Notes under the pieces: generated by a model | Databases searched by the model: none | What the model was told of the DNA's origin: nothing | The model's input: only the letters and a program-made list of their open reading frames with translations | Origin: Octopus vulgaris | Lineage: Eukaryota | NCBI GenBank assembly: GCA_951406725.2 | Contig: OX597814.1 | Coordinates: 216,070,001-216,134,000, forward strand | Length of the DNA stretch: 64,000 nucleotides | Direction: 5' to 3' | Part shown: positions 1 through 15,690 of the stretch, in pieces | Layout: each line of letters opens with the position of its first letter | Numbering within the stretch: position 1 is the stretch's first letter | Position numbers and translations under genes: made by a program

Positions 1-408
1 GGCCACGGTCGGATTGGTGTATTTTATGTGCCACCGGCACGGAAGCCAGTCGAGGCGGTGCTGGCATCGGCCACGAGTCGGATAGTGCTTTTTACGTACC
101 ACCAGACCAGGGATCCTGGCTGGTTTAATTCGATTTCGATTTCGCTTGCCCCAACATGTCTTCACAAGCAAAGGGGTTGGCATGGGTGCCTGTCGTACGG
201 TCGGATTGGTGTATTTTACGTGCCACCGGCACGGAATATATATATATATATATATATGTATGTATATATGGTACATTTTAAAACCTTTCTTGTAATTTTT
301 CTTTCACCAGATCAGACTGGAGCCTGGTGCAGCCCCTGGCTTCCCAGACCCCGGTCGAACTGTCCAACCCGTGCTAGCGCGGAAAACGGACGTTAAACGA
401 TGATGATG
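1..408. mobile_element. RTE-LINE 3' UTR and tail fragments (1-235 minus, 307-408 plus)
   Basis: Has gtgcc/ggcac repeat units and the shared tail ccaacccgtgctagcgcggaaaacggacgttaaacgatgatg. Confidence 0.7.
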
Positions 409-702
409 TATATCTCACTCATATGGCAGTGTTGTCTGCTTCACACAATTTACCTGCTTACCACATCACATGACTCAGGCTGATGGTCATGTGAGAAGTA
501 ATTTCTAACAGGGTAACCTGTTCAAGGAAAGAAACTTGGTTATTCAGTTGAAGAAGGCTTCCAGAGCTAAATGGCCTCTTGTAAATACTTCAGAGTCAGC
601 CAACGCTATAACTGATGGCTCAACATTATTGGACGTAAGAAAATAAAACTTATTTCAAGAAATTTATCTCTTAAAGAATGATTAGTAGAAAATGTAAATA
701 AC

Positions 703-2597
703 CATCATCATCATCATTGTCATTTAACATCCACTTTCCATGCTGGCATGGGTTGGACGGTTTGACTGAAGCTGATAGGCTGGAGAGCTCTACCAGGTTC
801 CAGTCAGATTTGGCATGGTTCTTACAGCTGATGTCTTTCCAAATGTCAATCACACTGAGAGTGTAATGGGTGCTTCTACATGCCACCGGCATGGGTGTCA
901 TTTTGTGCAACACCAGTATCTTCCACGACTGCAATTTTGCTCGGCATGATGGGTCATATTCTCAAACACAACATAATGCCAAAGGTCTCAGTCATTGCCT
1001 CTGTGGGCCCAACACTCGAAAGTAACTCAGCCACTTTGCCTCCATGAGGCTGAATACTAAAGTGGAACTCAGCCACTTTGTTTCTGTGAAGCTCAATGCT
1101 TGAAAGGAACTCAGCTAATTTGCCTCTGTGAGGCCCAAAGTTCAAAAGACGTTCTTTATGTTCCACTGGCATGGGTGCACATAGCTTGAAGGGGTCCTCT
1201 CAAGCACAGCACATCACTAAAGGTCTCGGTCACCAATCATTGCCTCTGTGAGGCTCAAAGTTTGAAGATCGTGCTTCACCACCTTGTCCCATGTCTTCCT
1301 GGGTCTACTTCTATCACAGGTTCCCTCCACAGTTAGAGATTGGCACCTCTTTACACACCTGTCCATATGCATCACATGACCATACCAGCACACCTCATCT
1401 GATTCCTCTTATGCCTAACTTTTCTCTCAAGATGCTTACACTCTGTCGAACATGCATACTGACATTGCACATCCAGTGAAGCATACTGGCTTCATTTCTC
1501 TCAAGCCTACACATGTCCTTGGCTGTCATAGCCCATGTTTCACTGCCATGTAGCATAGCTGTTCACTCACAGGCTTCATACAATCTGCCTTTCACTCTGA
1601 GGGAGAGGTCCTTTGTTACCAACAGAAGCAGGGGCTCTCTGAACTTTGCCCAGCCTAATCTTATTCTCACAGCTATACTCTCAGAACATCCACCTCCACT
1701 ACTAACTTGGTCACCTAGGTAACCGAATCTATCTACTACCTCTAACCTGCAGTTGATGGAGTCTATTTTCTGTGCATTTTCAGTGTTTATTGTACCTGTG
1801 CACCTTCCACATACAAAAGTTAATTTCTCTGTTAACCTTCCTTTGTGTCCAAAGATTACAATGGGTGCAGCTTATGGAGTTTCTACCTACACCTTTTCTA
1901 CAGACTGAGCAGGGCCATCTACCTGAGAGGATTTGTGATCTGTCTGCCTTCCTACTTACTATGACTTTGGTTTTTGCTAGGTTAACTCTAAGGCCTTTTG
2001 ATTCTAGATCTTGTTTCCATACCTTGAACTTCTTCTCTAGCTCAGGTAGTGATTCAGCTATAAGAACAAGGTCATCAGGGTAGAGGAGCTCCCAGGGGCA
2101 GCTTGTCTTGAATTCCTCTGTTATTGCCTGGAGAACTATGATGAACAAAAGGGGGTTGAGCACCCATTCCTTGCTGAATCCCTACTTGTACCCCAAATTC
2201 TTCACTATACCTGTTGCCCACCCTCACCTTACTGGTAGCGTTCCTATACAAGGGTTGTACAGATCTCACCAACCACTCGTCTATCCCTAGTTTCCACATT
2301 GACCACCAGATATGGGATGAGTGGACGCTGTCAAAAGTTAACAAAAGCCAAGATTAGATGTTTATCTTTGGCTTGGAATTTCTCCTACAGTTACCTTACC
2401 AGAAATATAGCACCAGTGGTGCTTCTCCCTGGCACAAACCCAAACTGCATCTCATCTAGACTAAGTCTCTCCCTAATTAGTTGGGTTATGACTCTCTCTG
2501 TAACCTTCATCACCTGAACCGACAATTTGTTACCTCTGTAATTATTTCTATCTTCTAGCTTCATATCTTTCACATGTCCTCTGTGATCACAGCCCAC
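703..2597 (-). mobile_element. 5'-truncated, degraded RTE-clade LINE (RT C-terminal half, Cys-rich insert, 3' UTR, (GAT)n tail)
   Basis: Frameshifted ORF pieces include QFGFVPGRSTTGAIFLVR, LLFIIVLQAITEEFKTSCPWELLYPDDLVL (the YADD box) and GLRVNLAKTKV. Confidence 0.85.
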
Positions 2598-3326
2598 ATT
2601 TCCCTGTCATGGAACATGGCTGTTTGCCCACAGGCATCCTACAATCTGCCTTTCACTCTGAAGGAGAGGCCTTTTGTTGCCAGCAGAGTTAGGAGCTTTC
2701 TGAACTTTCACCTAACCTAATCTTATTCTCACAGCTACACTCTCAGAGCATCCAATTTGCTACTGACTTGGTCACCTACATAACAGAAGCTATCTAGCTT
2801 ACCCCACTAGCAATTAATGGAATCTATTTTCTGTACATTTTTAGTATTTATTGTACCTGTGCCCCTTCCAAACACAAAACTATTTTCCCAGTTAACCTTC
2901 CTCTGATATTGCTGTACCTCTTATGTATCCATAACTTGCACTGGATACATCACATGGAGCTTCTGCCAATGCTTTTTCAACAGAACAAGCAGGGCCATCT
3001 ACCCGAAGGGGTTTGTGATTTGTCTGCCTTCCTACTTACTAAAACTTTGGTCTTTGCCAGGTTAACTCTAAGGCCCTTTGATTCTAAACCTTGCTTCCAC
3101 ACCTGAAATTTCTTTTTTAGCTCTGGAAGTGATTCAACTATGAGAACAAGTTCATCAGCATAGAGGAGCTCCCAGGGGCAGCATATCTTAAATTGCCCTG
3201 TTATTGCCTAGTGGACTATGATAAACAAGAGGGGACTGAGGACCAATCCTTAGTGAACCTCTACCTGTACCTTAGATTAATCGCTATACTCATTGCCCAC
3301 CCTCACCTTACTGACTGCATCCCTGC
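2598..3326 (-). mobile_element. Second degraded RTE LINE fragment (RT region)
   Basis: Paralogous to about 1530-2240, with WELLYADELV on the minus strand. Confidence 0.8.
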
Positions 3327-3616
3327 TAAAAGACCCCCACCCCCACCACTGCTGCAGATGATAACAACAAATCAAAAAAGAAAGAAGTCATTAAAAAAAT
3401 TGCACTAAATTTTAATTTTTAGTCAGAGAAACTGAGAAGTCATTCACTTATTGAAAAAGCCCTTTTCTTTTGAGGTGGGGGGGGGGAATCTATAACTTCA
3501 TAGTAATTACGAGCAATAGTCATGTTTACAATGTATCAGATAAATAATTATAATTATCCTTTGTTAGGGAATCACAGAGTGAGACAAGAATATTTTATCA
3601 ACAGCCATAAATTAAA

Positions 3617-4085
3617 CATCATCATCATCATCCTTGTTTTCACATCCATTGTTCTCTGCTTGCATGGGTCAGATTAGTTTATTGAGGCAGACTTTCTATA
3701 GCTGGATGCTCTTCCTGATGCTGACTCTCACCTGTTTCCAAGCAAGGTAATATTTTCCCCTGACCAGACGTGGTTTCCACAGAAGACAGGAAACAAACAA
3801 CCTCACTTGTATGCTGGGGATGCTCGTTTACAGCCATCACATGATGTCAAGACAAGAGTACACACACACACACACACACTCACACACACACACACACTCA
3901 CACACACACACACACACATTACATATATGAGGGGCTCTTGTATCAGTTTCTATCCTCTAAACCAGTTGACAAGACTTTGGTAAGCTCAGGGCCATATTAG
4001 AAGATATTTGCTTGAGTTGCCTTACATTGGGAATCAACATGGTTAGAAATGAAGCTTTTTAACCACAAATCCATGGCTGTGCCCA
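3617..4085 (-). mobile_element. tRNA-derived SINE with an RTE-like tail
   Basis: The head (gcacagccatgg...gtggttaaaaagctt) resembles the copies at 29574 and 33611. It has an internal (TG)n and a (GAT)n tail. Confidence 0.55.
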
Positions 4086-4200
4086 TAAACCAATAATAGG
4101 AATTAGATAAAAGTTGACTGAACGAGGAAAAATCTTAATTAACACCTGAAATAAATCATTTAAATTTTCACTAAAATATCAAACAAATAACAAGTCCTAC

Positions 4201-4380
4201 CTCTGCTTTTACTGATTCCAAACACCATTTCTAGATGAAGCTTAAAAGCTCTGATTACTTCCTTCCGTATATCAATCAAACAAATATGTTTTATTTTAGA
4301 ATTTGAGTGAGTATCAAGATAATTCTTTATCGTCCTTACTGTACATTTGGTTCCTTCTTCTATGGGTATACCAAAAATAC
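4201..4380 (-). CDS. PARP14: PARP14-like coding exon 6, macrodomain C-terminal part (IFGIPIEEGTKCTVRTIKNYL...IKHICLIDIRKEVIRAF)
   Basis: Acceptor tttatttattacag and donor GAG|gtagga bound 180 nt. The exon completes the STGIFGxP motif across the splice junction. Confidence 0.9.
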
Positions 4381-4748
4381 CTGTAATAAATAAAGTATAC
4401 AACACAATTAATCCAACAAATGTTCTTACTCAAAATATATATAACTAGCAGAGATACCTGGTGTTGCTCGGGATCAAAAGGGCATAGTTTGTATATATAT
4501 GAAACAGGTGATACATGAAAGTGCTGCATTGATGACAAAACCTTTGTGGAGTAAATGTAAAAGCTTTGCACAAATGACAATTTGAGTTTAGCACACCGAT
4601 TTGGACAGAATTATCATTTTTATAAGAATGCGATGGATCATATCTGAAAGAAGCTCCAGGTGTTGTGAAGAACGAATTTGTATGTGACATGATTCTGAGA
4701 GCTATACTATTGAACCTCTGTGTAATCTGGTGAGCTAAATGTTGCTTT

Positions 4749-5422
4749 AATGATCTTGGGAAAGTCTCATCTCATTTCTGTCTTGAGACTCCATCTGATG
4801 TATTGCAGCATGCGTTTGGTGATGTTGAGAAAGTCTCATATCCCATTCTCTCTTGAGAATCCATCTGATGCCAAGCAGAATGCCTTTGCTGATCTTCAGA
4901 AAGTCTCATCTCCCTTCTCTCTTGAGAATCCATCTGATGTGTTGCTGCATGTGTATGGAGATCTTTGGAAAGTGTCATGTCCCTTCTTCTCTCTTGAGAC
5001 TCCATCTGATGTACTGCAGCATGTCTTTGCTGATGTTGAGAAAGTCTCATCTTCTGTCTTCAGACTCCATTTGATGTGTTGCAGCATGCGTTTGGTGATC
5101 TTTGAAAGTGTCATGCCCCTTCTGTATTGAGACTACATCTGACATGCTGCAGCATGCTTTTACGCCGTTCAAGAATTTGGACCTGGAGATCTCCATTTCC
5201 AGCGACTTCGAGGGCCACCTCCCAGTGGTGTCGGGTGTCAACGAAGAGCTCGCGACTACAACAAGACGACCAAAGTTTGTTTTTTTTCCCCAAGGTCTGG
5301 GGTCTCCCGCCCCTAAGCCCGTGACCATCACCTAATCACCTTTACCCATCTTGTTGCTTAACAACAACAGTATGCTTTTACTGATGTTGACAAAGTCTCA
5401 TGTCCATTATCTCTTGAGACTC
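4749..5422. repeat. About 69-bp tandem repeat (6-7 units) encoding 23-aa STPR-like repeats on the minus strand
   Basis: Units start at 4783, 4853, 4922, 4994, 5059 and 5128 (ttgagactccatctgatg...gaaagtctcat). Confidence 0.85.
5164..5367 (+). mobile_element. 3' end of a non-LTR retroelement with an (AAC)n tail, inserted in the Helitron repeat
   Basis: A 14-bp TSD cag(c/t)atgcttttac lies at 5150-5163 and 5368-5381. A homologous inverted copy is at about 49325-49540. Confidence 0.8.
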
Positions 5423-5781
5423 TCGCCCTCAGTTTTCTGCACTCCTTGCTTTATAGATGTTTCTGGAAAGATTATTTTTTTCCTTTGGTGGCATAATTTT
5501 TTTCAATATTCTAAACAAAAAATTATGAACAAAGAAAAAATATACATTAATCTCTATTTTTGAAAGCAGTCGTATGTATGTAGTATGTCTATATTTTTGT
5601 ATACTGTATAAATTAACCAAATATAAGCAATTTGCAAATACCCTGCACCCTTGTAACTGCTGCAATAATTATGAACTGTTAATGGAACGGTAGATATGTA
5701 TTTTCATATAATTTGGACCTTCCACGTAATTGTTTTTTGTCAAGAGGTTGTGTAGATGATAGCTTGTTTAATAATGTAGGT

Positions 5782-6000
5782 CAGTGGTTTTCAGCCAGGG
5801 TTCCACGGATCCTTAGGGTTCCACCAGTACAGTCCAGGGGTTCCGCAAAAAGTTACAAAACTGCTAAAATCGGCAGTAATTTTTAAGTCTCCTGTGCAGA
5901 TATGTGTGCATAAGACTATTAAATTATTGCACAGGGGTTCCTCGAGCCAGTGGAATGTTTCCTTGGGGTTCTGCTCCAGCAAAAAGTTTGAAAAGCACTG
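5782..6000. mobile_element. hAT-family MITE, 219 bp
   Basis: TIRs are cagtggttttca...tgaaaagcactg. A perfect 8-bp TSD ATGTAGGT lies at 5774-5781 and 6001-6008. Confidence 0.88.
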
Positions 6001-6563
6001 ATGTAGGTAGTGGGCACGCAAACACACACGCACTCACAGACACATACACATGCGACGATACGCACACATACACTCTCACAAACAGACATATACATATAAT
6101 AAGAGAGACACATGCAGACATACATTCACGCATGTCAGTCATCACATGTGTATGCATATGTGTAGATGTGCATGTGTTTAATAATGTACCTAGCGTGAAA
6201 ACCCACACACAGTCAGAGAGACATACACACTCGTACACCCACACACACATACACTCAGAGATACATACACACTTGTATAAGTGACATCATCATTGTGAAG
6301 GTTTGAAATGTCCTGTACTATTTTCGTACTTATTGAATGCACAAACACACACACAAAAGTGAAAGAATGAAAGGGAAACAATATTACACAACGGTTTCCG
6401 ATAGAGGGAGAAATGTAAATGGTGCATTTAAATAGAGAGAGTGCAGGAAACTTAAAATAAGCAAAGTAATGTTGTGGGGAGAACATTCAGATAGCATGAA
6501 GACAACGATATATATATATATATATACGCACGACAAAACTGAAACACACTGAAGCCAATTTTC

Positions 6564-6866
6564 ATAGAGAGAGAAAGAGAGAGAGAGGGAGAGGGAGAGA
6601 GACAGAGGGAGAAATAGAGAGTGAGAGAGTGAGAAATATAGAGAGAGAAATAGATAGATAGAGAGAGAGAGAAATAGAGTGAGAGAGTGAGAAATAGAGA
6701 GAGTGAGTGAGAAATAGAGAGAGAGAGTGAGAAATAGAGAGAGAAAGAGTGTGAAATAGAGAGAGAGAGTGTGTGAGAAATAGAGAGAGTGAGAAATAGA
6801 GAGAAGTGAGAGAGAGAGCGCGAGAAATAGAGAGAGCGTGAGAAATAGAGAGAGAAAGAAAGAAAT
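6564..6866. repeat. (GA)n-derived compound microsatellite
   Basis: Visible gagagaaatagagagagt units. Confidence 0.9.
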
Positions 6867-7339
6867 GAATATTTGTATATGTGAAAGTGGGAAAAAGGAA
6901 TACCAAGAAACAACACAATTCCATCATTTAGAAGATTCTTTAATAGACAGAGGAGAACTTTCTAGGTGCAATATCATGGCCATTCATGACTGGGTGGGGG
7001 GGTCTTTACACTCATTAATATACGACGGTATTTAATAAGATCTAAGTTTGTCTCTCTCTCTTCTTGAACACATTTCTTTTCTTCGTTGTTTGTACAGTTA
7101 AATAATAATAATAATAATAATAGAAATAACAATAATAATAATGATAATAATTATAACTTTAATGTCCCCTTTTCCATGCTTCAGGTGGAATTGGTTGAGG
7201 CAAATTTTCTATGTGTAGCTGACATTCCTATCACCAGCCCTTACCAAGGAAGCTAATATTGCCCCATGGCCACACATGTTTTCATTGAAGATCAGAAATG
7301 CTCGTATGATGGTGATCCTTGTTTATAACTATCATGTAT

Positions 7340-8117
7340 AAAGTGTTAGAAGTGGTGTTCAAGAGAGACGCCTATGCTGGTATGGTCATGTGATGCATAT
7401 GGATGAGGACAGCTATGTAAAGATGTGCTGATCTCTAACTGTGGATGGCACCTATGATAGCAGTAGACCCAGGAAGAAATGGGATGAATTGGTGAAGCAT
7501 GACCTTTGAACTTTGAACATCACAGAGGCAGACAAGTGACCGAGACCTTTGGCGATGTGTTCTGTTTAATAGGACCTATCAAGCCAAGTGAAACTATGCT
7601 GGTGGCACATAAAGAACATCTTTTGAATGTTGGGCCTCATGGAGGCAAAGTGGCTGAGTACCTTTCGAGCATTAGACCTCTCAGTGGCAAAAATACGTGA
7701 GTACCTTTCAAGCATTGGACCTGATGGAGGCAAAGAAGCTGAGTTCCATTTGAATGTTGGGCCTCACGGAGGTGAGATGTTTGAGTTCCTTTCGAGTGCT
7801 GGACCTCATGGAGGCAAAGTGGCCAAGCTCCTTCCGAGTCTTGGGCCTCATGGAGGCAATGACCAAGACCTTGGGCATTATGAATTGCAGTCATGGCAAA
7901 TACCAGTGTCATACAAATGGCACCTGTGCCTGTGGCACGTAAAAGCACCTATTACGCTCTCAGAGTGGTTGGCATTAAGAAAGGCATCTAGCTGTAGAGA
8001 AATATGCCAAATCAGACTGGAGCCTTGTGCAGCCTTCCAGCATGCCAACCCAGTCGAATCATCCAACCCATGCCAGCATGGACAACGAACATTAAATGAT
8101 GATGATGATGATGATGA
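7340..8117 (+). mobile_element. RTE LINE 3' end with a roughly 40-bp tandem 3' UTR array and a (GAT)n tail
   Basis: Has WYGHV and RPRKKWDE relics, repeated gttgggcctcatggaggcaaagtggctgagt units and the shared tail. Confidence 0.8.
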
Positions 8118-8350
8118 CATATATTTATATGTAGTTAATGTTTGCTTCTATGTTCAGTTATAATAGGAACAATTTCGTATTTATCTGATAGGTTACTCTC
8201 TCCTTTTGTAGAGAACAAATTTATTACATTTGGGCAGGAATATTACTGACAGTGACTTCGAAGTTTGGGCCAGTTAGGACAGTGCAATGAAGGTTTAACT
8301 GGCCAAAACTTTGAAGTCACTGTAAATAATATACTTATTTAGGAATAACA

Positions 8351-8398
<48 letters not shown>

Positions 8399-8401
<3 letters not shown>

Positions 8402-9108
8402 TCACCATCATCGTCATCATTGTTTAATGTCTGCTTTCCATGCTGGCATGGGTTGGACGGTATGACTGTGGGCTGTCACCAAGCTCCAATCTGATCTGGC
8501 AAAGTTTCTACAGCTGGATGCTCTTCCTAACACCAGCCACTCCGAGAGTGCAGTGCATGCATTAACATGCCACCAGTACAAGGGCCAGTCACGAGGTACT
8601 GGCATTGACCATGTTCAAGTTGTGCTTTTTACATGCCAACTGCACAGGAGCCAGTCAGGTGACGCTGGCAATGACCATGCTCGAATGGTGCTTTTTACAT
8701 GCCAGCAGCACAGGAAGCAGTTAGGCAGCACTGGCAACGATCACACTCGAATGGTGCTTTTAACGTTCCACTGGCACAGGTACCAATTAGGTGGTTCTGT
8801 CATCAGCCACAACAATGATTTCACTTGCCTCAACAGGTCTTTGCAAGTGGAGATTATTGCCCAAAGATTGAAGGGTACTCTTAAATCGGCTGGTTATGCA
8901 GCACTGGCATAGGCCACAGTTTTGGTCTCACTTGGCTTCCTGAGTCTTCTCAAGCACAGCATATCTCCAAAGGTCTCGGTCACTTGTTATTGCCTCGGAG
9001 AGGCCCAATGTTCATAGGTCGTGCTTCACCACCTCATCCCAGGTCTTCCTGAGTCTACCTCTTCCACAGGTTCCCTCAACTGCTAGAGTTTGGCACTTTT
9101 TCACTCAG
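8399..9108 (-). mobile_element. RTE LINE 3' end
   Basis: Reverse complement of the ORF end ([20 protein letters not shown]), the repeat array and the tail. Confidence 0.8.
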
Positions 9109-9109
9109 A

Positions 9110-12125
<3,016 letters not shown>

Positions 12126-12465
12126 TATATTTAAAAACTTAGAATAACAAGAATATTTATTGAAAAATTCTTAGTTACCAGTGGTCTATAGAGAAAAAAT
12201 TAGTCAATAGACTATATATCATTCAGAGAAGAATACAGTGTACATTCAAACACAAAAGAGATACCCAAAGAATAGGATATCTGACTCACTAGAAAGAGCA
12301 GTTAAAAACTCCAAGCCACCAATTGTTGTAATTCCGAAAGTGATTGAAAAATAATTTCGGAATTACAACAATTGGTGGCTTGGAGTTTTTAACTACTCTT
12401 TCTAGTGAGTCAGATATCCTATTCTTCGGGTATCTCTCTTATGTTTGTATATACAGATATATATA

Positions 12466-12515
<50 letters not shown>

Positions 12516-12562
12516 TATATATATATATCTGTATATATGTACGTATATACACACACACACAC

Positions 12563-12606
<44 letters not shown>

Positions 12607-13355
12607 TTGTTGACTCAAGCAGTATTAATATGAAAAGCAATCTTTATATCCAACTTAACATAAAGGTCATGTTAGAACAGAGAGTACACCATTATTTACC
12701 TCAAGAGGACCTCCCACAGGGCCTTGGGTGCATAAAATTACTCATATTTATATTTTTAAGAGACGAGAACCATCTGCTATAATCACTATTACTGCTAGAT
12801 GACATTATTTCATCTTGCCTGGATTCTTCAGTAGGAGACATCTAGTAGTGACATAACAGCCAAATCTATTGACCATATATAGAATTTCAGTATCTGTTAA
12901 GGCACTGATTTTGCAAATAGCCAGCAAGCCTATGAAAAAGGTAATTAACAGCAACAGAAGCAATAGTAATACCAACAGGCAATTTTTATATCCAACTAAA
13001 TGTGGATGTTGTGTTTGAGCACCAAATGCTATGTTATTTACTGTAAGAGAACCTCTCATATGGTTCATAAAGGCACTCATATTGTTATTGTTGGCAGACA
13101 AGAATTGTCTGCTTGGGCGCCTGGACTGTCACACACTCATACTACAACAACAACAAATACTGTTCTTCTAGAATGTCAGCTGTGCCACAACAGGCCTCTT
13201 TTCAATTCCCGTCCACCAAATCCACTGAGAAGGTTTTGGGCGAACCCAGGTCTATAATGAACGACTTGCCCAAAATACCTTGCCAGGGAACTGAACCAGA
13301 AATCATGTGGAACATCAGCTTTTTAACCATGCTGCCACATCTCCTACAATATTAT

Positions 13356-13890
13356 ATCATCATCATCCCCATCATCATTTGATGTCCGTTTTCCATGCTG
13401 GCATGGGTTGGACGGTTCGATCGGGGTCTGGTAAGCCATGGAGGCTGCACCATGCTCCAGTCTGGTTTGGCAGTGTTTCTACAGCTGGATGCCCTTCCTA
13501 ACGCCAACCACTCCGTGAGTGTAGTGGGTGTTTATTAGGTGCCACCAGCACAGGAGCTACAGGAGGCTGGCAAACGGCCACGATCAGTTTGTGCTTTTAC
13601 ATGTCACGGACACGGACGCCAGTCAAGCGGCATTCACCGACACGGACACCAGTCATTATCATCATCGTCATCATTTCACATCTGTTTTCGAGGTCAGAGA
13701 GCTGCCCAGGGACCAATTTTCTCTTTTGGTATAGGTTCTATGGCTGGATGCCCTTCCTTTACAGAATGCCAACCACTTTAGAGAATGCACTGGGTGCTTT
13801 TTATGTGACACCGTCACAGGAGCTGGTGTCACGTAAAAAGCACCTGTGGGATGGCCAAGTTACTTGCAAGACAAAGGCTTTTAGTTGAGA
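13356..13890 (-). mobile_element. Two RTE-type 3' tails
   Basis: Reverse complement of the shared tail (ctggatgcccttcctaacgccaaccactcc). Confidence 0.7.
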
Positions 13891-14037
13891 GGGGGAGTGA
13901 AACCAAGGGAAGTGGATGGGTGCCAGGGGAGAGGTTAGAATAGAGGGACAGGATAGTTGCCTTGCTATACACTAAATAGTGTAATTACTATTTCTATACC
14001 AAATAATTTGAACAGAATAAAAATGGTAAATTCTTAC

Positions 14038-14286
14038 CTGTACTGATGGCAGGAATTGCAATTGATGTATAAGACTTTTCTTCAAGGAATGCCAAACAAT
14101 TTTGAACAGCTCTTGAAAGGTGAAAAATTTCATTGGTTCGTCCATTATTCCAAACGGGTCCAACAGCATGAATGATAGTCTTGCATTTGAGTTTACCAGC
14201 TTTAGTTGACACTACTTCTCCAGTTTTCAGTTCACTCCTTCTTTGATTCATAATTTTGTTAGATTCCGCCTGAATTTCAAACCCAC
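14038..14286 (-). CDS. PARP14: PARP14-like coding exon 5, macrodomain middle (GFEIQAES...AGKLKCKTIIHAVGPVW...SIAIPAISTG)
   Basis: Acceptor atctttgcag and donor CAG|gtaaga bound 249 nt. HAVGP and PAISTG are macrodomain motifs. Confidence 0.92.
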
Positions 14287-14382
14287 CTGCAAAGATATTT
14301 GCTTTCTTAAGTTTCTGTTTAATACATGCTAATATATGTTAATATATATCATAAATTAATATATTTAAGTATAGAAAGAAGG

Positions 14383-15690
14383 TCTAGAATTGAAGGGCTT
14401 TAGAGTTAACCAGGCAAAACTGAAAGCAGTAAGGCAGACAAATCACAAATCCCTCCAAATATCCCTGCTCAATCTGAAGAAAAGGCATAGGTAGCAACTC
14501 TGTAAGATGTACCTGGTGTAAGCTATGGACACATAAAAGGTGCAGCAATATCAAAGGAAGATTAACAGGGAAAAAAGTTTCTGTGTGTGGAGTAGGCACA
14601 TGTACGATAAACACTAGAAATGTACAGAAAAGAGACTCCATCAAATGCCAGAGGTCTAAGCTAGAGGTAGTAGATAGCTTCTGTTATCTATGTGACCAAA
14701 TCATCAGTGGAGGTGGATACTCTGAGAGTGTAGCAGTGAGAATAAAAATGGCAGGGCAAAATTCAGAGAGCTCCTGACCCTGCTGGCAACCAAAAGTGAA
14801 AGGAAGATTGTATGATGCCTGTGTGTGAACAGCTACGCTACATAGCAGTGAAACATGGGCTGTGAGAGCCAAGGACATATGTAGGGTTGAAAGAAATGAA
14901 TCCAGTATGCTTCACTGGATGTGCAATGTCAGTGTGTTTGTTTGACAGAGTGTAAGCATCTTGAGAGAAAAGTTAGGGATAAGAGGAATCAGATGTTGTA
15001 TGCAAGAGAGATGACTGCACTGGTATGGTCATGTGATGCGTGTAGATGAGGACAGTTGTATGAAGAAGTGTCACACCTTAACAGTGGAGGGAACATGTGG
15101 AAGAGGTAGATCCAGGAAGAAATGGGATGAGGTGGTGAAGCATGACCTTCAAACTTTGAACCTGACAGAAGCAATGACTAGTGACCAAGATCTTTGGCAA
15201 TATGTGATGTTTGAGATGACCTGTCAAGCCAAGTGAGATTGGAGTAATGGCCAATGCCATTGTAGCATAACTGGCCCATATAAAGCACACCTCAGATGTT
15301 GGGTGATATGCTGAGCTTGTGAGGACCTGTAAAACCATAGCCATGGCTGATGTCAGTGCTGTCTGATTGGCACCCATGCCAGTGGCACACAAAAAGCACC
15401 GTTTGAGCATTGGGTCACATGGAAGCAGTCACAGATGACCGAGACCTTTGGTAAGATACCATGCTTGTACAGACCTGTCAAAACAAGTGAGACTGTAGTC
15501 ATGGCCAATGCCAGTGTCAGGCCAATGGCACCCGTGCCAGGCCAATGGCACCCGTGCCAGTAGTATGTAGAAAACATCCACTACACTTTCAGAGTGGGTG
15601 GCATTAGGAAGGGCATCAAGACGTAGAATCTTTGCCAAATCAGATTGGATACTGATGCAATCCCCTGGCTTACCAGTTTTCAGTCAAACC
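14383..15690 (+). mobile_element. 5'-truncated RTE LINE (RT C-terminus, Cys-rich insert, 3' UTR)
   Basis: LEVVDSFCYLCD, [48 protein letters not shown]. Confidence 0.85.

Larger units (their letters stand above)
4445..7040 (-). mobile_element. Non-autonomous Helitron with a relic of the RepHel N-terminus (23-aa STPR-like repeats)
   Basis: 5' end is A|TCTTATTAAATA at 7040. 3' end is a hairpin (ccgagcaacaccagg) plus CTAG|T at 4445. The ORF relic from ATG 5494 reads MPPKEKNNLSRN..., then ESQERREMRLS repeats, then ASFRYDP...VQIG...CHLCKA. Confidence 0.7.

Noticed and set aside
4783-5160. Tandem hammerheads (tgagactc..ctgatg..gaaagtctca)
   Set aside because: A9 is missing (CTGATGT) and there is no room for stem I. 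The 69-bp period is explained by 23-aa STPR-like coding repeats.
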